From positions 1 through 22,614 of the forward strand of contig JAYUEN010000038.1 in the NCBI GenBank assembly GCA_043739185.1: a DNA stretch of 22,614 nt. The letters run 5' to 3'. The DNA is from Bdellovibrionales bacterium (GTDB lineage: Bacteria > Bdellovibrionota > Bdellovibrionia > Bdellovibrionales > JAMPXM01). Position 1 is the first letter of the stretch. The number at the start of each line of letters is the position of its first letter. Below, piece after piece: positions 18,207-22,614 of the stretch. The notes under the pieces were generated by a model, which made no database searches, was not told the DNA's origin, and saw only the letters and a program-made list of their open reading frames with translations. The translations under genes were made by a program, and so were the position numbers.

Positions 18207-18551
18207 TTGAAAAACTTTGTTTTACTTTCTTTCTTATCGTTTTGTAGTGAAGCTGCTTTTGCACAAGCAGCAACCGGTGGACCACCAGCATATATGCAAG
18301 TGATCCCAATTATTTTTGCGTTTGCGATTATTATTTTTATGCAATCCCGCTCTCAAATGAAAAAGCAAAAGCAACAAAAAACATTTTTAGATGGCCTTAA
18401 GCGCGGCGATCGAGTGGTGACCGCCAGCGGAATTCTCGGCAGCGTCGAAGGTTTAACGGAGACCTTCATCACTCTAGAAATTGCAAGTGATGTCAAAATT
18501 AAAATATTAAAAAGCCAAATCGCTGGTTTGCAAGATGAGGTAAAGTCATGA
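18207..18551 (+). CDS. yajC: Preprotein translocase subunit YajC
   Basis: AAGGAG RBS with TTG start; one TM helix then LKRGDRVVTASGILG; located between tgt and secD. Confidence 0.93.
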   Translation: MKNFVLLSFLSFCSEAAFAQAATGGPPAYMQVIPIIFAFAIIIFMQSRSQMKKQKQQKTFLDGLKRGDRVVTASGILGSVEGLTETFITLEIASDVKIKILKSQIAGLQDEVKS

Positions 18552-20248
18552 TCGAAAGTCTCAACGCACGTTTAATGATTATTGGTGCGGTATTTATATT
18601 GGCACTTAGTTGGACCATTCCAAACTTTATGAATACCGATAAACATTGGTGGTTCACAAAAGATAAAATGGTTTTAGGTTTGGATATTCAAGGTGGATCG
18701 CACTTAGTTTTAAGAGTCGATGTCGACAGTGTTGTCAAAACTGATGTAACTCGTACGGCGACGACTTTGATCAATGAATTCAAATCTGAAAAAGAAAAAG
18801 TCAATATCAATTCGGTTACCGTATTAGATCCTTTAAAAGCCGTCATACAAGTAGATGCCACTAGCCCTGAAGAGCGTGATAAGGCAAAAGTTTATATTGA
18901 AAAAAATTATGCCAATATGATGAAGTATGTTGAAACTCAGGATAATAAAATAGTGTTTGAGTATGGTGAGCTATACTTAAGAGATTTCAAGCAACGACTT
19001 TTAGAGCAAGCCATAGCTACCATTCGCAACCGTATTGATGAATTTGGTGTGGCCGAACCTAGCATTACTGCTCAAGGTACTGATCGAATTTTAGTTCAGC
19101 TTCCGGGAATTAAAGATGCGACTTCAGCAAAAGAACTTATTAACCGAACCGCACATCTTGATTTTATGATGGTGTCTGAAGATATGGCTGCTGATGTCGT
19201 TCAGAAGTTAGTTGCCGACACCGAAAAATCCGCAGCCATCGTATTTAAAGATTTAAAGTACTCAGAGTATATTGAAAAACTAAATACTGCGCTTAAAGGT
19301 AAAATTCCTGAAAATACCATAGTTTATTTTGAAAAATTGCAAAATGCCGCCACTATGGAGGCCGGCCGCATGCCGCTTTTACTCAAAACCAATGAAGGCG
19401 TTACGGGCGATCGTTTGATAAATGCCAATGTCGGTTTAGATCAATATTCAAAGCCAGAAGTGCAATTTGCATTTGATCCAGTGGGTGCAAAACAATTTGG
19501 TGAGCTTACTACCAAAAATACAAAAAAATATATGGCCATTGTACTTGATAAAGTTGTGACTTCACATCCAATTATTAATTCTCCGATTACTGGTGGGCGG
19601 GGTGTGATTCAATTGGGAGATTCAAGAGATCGACAAAAGACTTTAAATGAAGCTAAATTAATCAGTCTCGCATTAAGAGCGGGTGCATTGCCAGCAACTC
19701 TTGAACAATTAGAAGAGAGAACAGTTGGTCCGAGCTTAGGAGCCGATGCAATTGCAAAAGGTCAATTAGCCGCCCTTATTGGAGCGGGCATCGTATTTAT
19801 TTTCATGCTATTTTACTATAAGAGTTTTGGATTTATTGCTGACCTTTCTTTGGTTTTCAATATTCTCATCGTGCTTGCTGTCTTAAGCTCACTGGGTGCG
19901 ACCCTCACTTTGCCCGGAGTGGCAGGAATGGCCCTAACCATCGGAATTGCGGTTGATGCCAACGTCATTATTTACGAACGTATCAAAGAAGAAATGCGCA
20001 AGGGTGCCAACTTAATGGGGGCAATTCGCGAAGGTTATCATCGTGCTTTCTCGTGTATTATTGACGCCAATTTAATGTCAATCGCGGTTTGTGTCGTACT
20101 AATGTATTTTGGTACCGGACCAGTTCGAGGCTTCGCAGTGACTCTACTTTGCGGTTTGGTTATTCAGACCTTTACTGCAGTATTTTTCACGCGAGCGCTT
20201 TTAGATCTCACAGTTGGTAAATTTAAATGGAATCTTTCAGTTCATTAA
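18548..20248 (+). CDS. secD: Protein translocase subunit SecD
   Basis: LGLDIQGG, IRNRIDEFGVAEP, RILVQLPG, LRAGALPA, VGPSLGAD, TLTLPGVAG, AVDANVIIYERIKEE. Confidence 0.97.
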   Translation: MIESLNARLMIIGAVFILALSWTIPNFMNTDKHWWFTKDKMVLGLDIQGGSHLVLRVDVDSVVKTDVTRTATTLINEFKSEKEKVNINSVTVLDPLKAVIQVDATSPEERDKAKVYIEKNYANMMKYVETQDNKIVFEYGELYLRDFKQRLLEQAIATIRNRIDEFGVAEPSITAQGTDRILVQLPGIKDATSAKELINRTAHLDFMMVSEDMAADVVQKLVADTEKSAAIVFKDLKYSEYIEKLNTALKGKIPENTIVYFEKLQNAATMEAGRMPLLLKTNEGVTGDRLINANVGLDQYSKPEVQFAFDPVGAKQFGELTTKNTKKYMAIVLDKVVTSHPIINSPITGGRGVIQLGDSRDRQKTLNEAKLISLALRAGALPATLEQLEERTVGPSLGADAIAKGQLAALIGAGIVFIFMLFYYKSFGFIADLSLVFNILIVLAVLSSLGATLTLPGVAGMALTIGIAVDANVIIYERIKEEMRKGANLMGAIREGYHRAFSCIIDANLMSIAVCVVLMYFGTGPVRGFAVTLLCGLVIQTFTAVFFTRALLDLTVGKFKWNLSVH

Positions 20249-20260
20249 GAGGAGTTAGAA

Positions 20261-21250
20261 ATGGCAAAACCTGGAGTTAAACAACCTGAAGTGACTGGTT
20301 CTCGTGGCCAAAAAGTAAGTTTTGGTCGCTGGGATTTCGTAAAGCTCGCGCCTCTTTTTGGGGGTGTTTCAGCTTTAGCTACGGTTATTTCCCTTTTGGT
20401 AATTTTTGGTAAGGGCTTCAACTACGGCATTGATTTCGCTGGTGGAACCGAAGTGCAAGTTAAATTCTCACAAGCAACAGATGCCTCTGAACTTCGAAAA
20501 TATACCGAAAGCATAGGGCTAAAAAATACCAGTGTACAAAGTTTTGGCGATCAGAATGAGTTTTTAATTCGCATGGAGTCTGTTAAGGCAGCGACTGATA
20601 AAGAAAGTGCTGAAACCGAGCGAAATGACATAAAAAAGCTGACCAGCGGATTAAAAGAAAAATATCACTTAACAGATGATGGCATTCGAAGAGTTGATAC
20701 GGTGGGTCCTCAAGTCGGATCCGAATTGAAGCGCAATGGTTTGCTTGCGGCTTTTTATAGTTTCTTGGTTATCTTAATTTATGTGGCTCTTCGCTTTGAC
20801 TATAAATATGCCCCAGGTGCGGTGGTTTGCTTGATACATGATTCGATCTTTACACTTGGTGTGTTTGCGATGTTAGGTCGCGAAGTGAATGTTCAGATTA
20901 TGGCAGCGGTTCTAACTCTGATTGGTTACTCACTCAACGATACAATTGTTACCTACGACCGGATTCGAGAAACCTATCCTCACTATCGAGACTATGGACT
21001 CAAATTCATTATCAATAAAGCAGTCAATGATATGCTTGGCCGAACGATATTGACAGCAGGCTGTACTTTGATGGCTGTTACTTCACTCTATTTACTTGGG
21101 GGGGGAGTTATTTCTGACATTGGATTTACACTCGTCATAGGTATCGTGATCGGAACTTATTCTTCAGTTTATGTAGCAGCTCCTCTGATATTGGTGATGG
21201 ATGCTATGAATTCGAAGCCAAAAGCTAAGAGTGCTCCGGTGCCGGCATAA
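20261..21250 (+). CDS. secF: Protein translocase subunit SecF
   Basis: GIDFAGG, VGPQVGSEL, GYSLNDTIVTYDRIRE, GTYSSVYVAAP; AGGAG RBS. Confidence 0.97.
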   Translation: MAKPGVKQPEVTGSRGQKVSFGRWDFVKLAPLFGGVSALATVISLLVIFGKGFNYGIDFAGGTEVQVKFSQATDASELRKYTESIGLKNTSVQSFGDQNEFLIRMESVKAATDKESAETERNDIKKLTSGLKEKYHLTDDGIRRVDTVGPQVGSELKRNGLLAAFYSFLVILIYVALRFDYKYAPGAVVCLIHDSIFTLGVFAMLGREVNVQIMAAVLTLIGYSLNDTIVTYDRIRETYPHYRDYGLKFIINKAVNDMLGRTILTAGCTLMAVTSLYLLGGGVISDIGFTLVIGIVIGTYSSVYVAAPLILVMDAMNSKPKAKSAPVPA

Positions 21251-21267
21251 GGTTCGAAGTGACCTCA

Positions 21268-22614
21268 ATGCAAAATGAAAAGTGGCAATTAAGAGAAGCT
21301 CCTGCGGGGGCTTTTGTAAATTCAAGTATTGCACAGTCGAAATCATCTCAAGTTCCAGCCTTGATTTGCGAAATTTTAAAAAATCGCGGTTTCAAGAGCG
21401 AAGAGGAAATTCTAAGTTGGCTTACGCCGAGCTTAAAAGAGCTGCGCGATCCACTTAGTATCATTGATTTAAAAAAAGCTGTTGATCGTCTAATTGAAGC
21501 TTTCAGTAACAATGAAAAAATATGTGTTTACGCAGATTATGATCTCGATGGAACTTCTGGGATTGCGCTTTTTGCCAAGGCTCTTGAGCTATTGGGGTTT
21601 AAGAATTTTTTGCTCTATCAACCGAGTCGTTTGAAAGAAGGTTATGGCCTTAAAACCCAAGCCATTCAAAATCTTCATGAGCAAGGGGTCAGCTTACTTT
21701 TAAGTATTGATCTCGGAATTTCAAATAAAGCCGAAGTTGATTTCGCCAATCAACTTGGAATGCAAGTTATTGTCACCGATCACCATCTCCCCCCTGAAGA
21801 AATTCCTTTGGCCTATGCAGTAGTGAATCCCAATCGCAAGGATTGTACCTCAGAACTAAAACATCTATGTGGTGCGGGCGTCGCATTTTTTTTAGTCCTT
21901 GCTCTCAAAAGAGAAATGACGATTCAGGGTTTATTGAAAACTGATTTTGATCCAAAAATTCTCCTCGATTGTTTTGCGATCGCAACCTTAACCGATATGG
22001 TGCCCTTGATTGCTGAAAATCGAATTCTTTGCAAACACGGCTTGCTTGCACTTGCGGCTACCAAAAGACCAGGACTGAAAATTTTACTTAGGGAACTTGG
22101 GCTTTTTAATAATTTCACCAGCTCAGACGTAACAATTAAGTTTGCTCCAAAACTCAATGCACTATCTCGTTTAGAAACTTCGATTCGGCCACTTGATCTT
22201 TATATGATTGAAGATGAAAAACGCGCGAAGATGTTAGTGGCTGAAGTTTTAGGAGTAAACGAAGACAGACGCGGTCTTCAAAAAAAAGCTGAAGAGATTG
22301 CATTTCAGGAGTTGAAAGTGCTTCCGCCGCAGAATTTTATTTGGATTTTTTCTCAAGATTTTCACCGGGGCATTTTAGGACTTTTAGCCACGAAACTGTC
22401 TCAACACTTTAAACTTCCGACTTTTGTGGGAGCACTCGAAGATGATAAAATTGTTGGAAGTGCGAGACTAGCTCCGCATTCAAAAGATAAGTTAACCGAA
22501 GCATTATCTTTTTCAACGGAGAGTCTTTTGCAATTTGGGGGCCATGCACAGGCCGCGGGCTTTGAGCTTGAGAGTGAAAATGCAGAATCTTTTAGGCAAA
22601 AACTCGCCGGATTT
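21268..22614 (+). CDS. recJ: Single-stranded DNA exonuclease RecJ (runs off the window end; absent from the ORF track)
   Basis: Translated by eye from ATG 21268 (in-frame GTG at 21259): LKNRG, YADYDLDG, EGYGL, IDLGI, VTDHH, NP, LCGAGVAF, TLTDMVPL..ENR, FAPKLNA, GSAR, GGHAQAAG. Confidence 0.95.
   Translation, partial: MQNEKWQLREAPAGAFVNSSIAQSKSSQVPALICEILKNRGFKSEEEILSWLTPSLKELRDPLSIIDLKKAVDRLIEAFSNNEKICVYADYDLDGTSGIALFAKALELLGFKNFLLYQPSRLKEGYGLKTQAIQNLHEQGVSLLLSIDLGISNKAEVDFANQLGMQVIVTDHHLPPEEIPLAYAVVNPNRKDCTSELKHLCGAGVAFFLVLALKREMTIQGLLKTDFDPKILLDCFAIATLTDMVPLIAENRILCKHGLLALAATKRPGLKILLRELGLFNNFTSSDVTIKFAPKLNALSRLETSIRPLDLYMIEDEKRAKMLVAEVLGVNEDRRGLQKKAEEIAFQELKVLPPQNFIWIFSQDFHRGILGLLATKLSQHFKLPTFVGALEDDKIVGSARLAPHSKDKLTEALSFSTESLLQFGGHAQAAGFELESENAESFRQKLAGF

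Noticed and set aside
21936..21947. Third gaaaactgattt match to the repeat element
   Set aside because: It lies inside the recJ coding frame and none of the other blocks are present, so it is probably chance.

Overview
AT-rich bacterial chromosomal window. I infer a Bdellovibrionota-like (predatory) organism from the L33 type, the queA-tgt-yajC-secD-secF-recJ gene order and the many orphan secreted proteins and lipoproteins. Contents in order: two Gly/Thr/Pro-rich lipoproteins behind a candidate sigma54 promoter, a XerD-type recombinase, a divergent ComM/YifB AAA+ ATPase, a minus-strand pair of orphan secreted/membrane proteins, tRNA-Cys(GCA), a small secreted protein, an amino-sugar trio (nagB, PIG-L deacetylase, glucokinase), GAF/MsrC, YceI, rpmG, a secreted orphan, an SDR, then queA-tgt-yajC-secD-secF-recJ (truncated). 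No transposon, prophage or CRISPR array is evident. The main signals missing from the ORF track are: (1) a stand-alone 35-aa membrane-peptide gene (15640-15747) whose terminator arm can fold back onto its own Shine-Dalgarno and 5' UTR, resembling a type I toxin mRNA; (2) two diverged copies of a ~100-nt structured non-coding element (9062-9172 and 13441-13542), each immediately past the stop codon of a minus-strand gene; (3) a possible NagA-independent GlcNAc salvage route whose genes may be leaderless.
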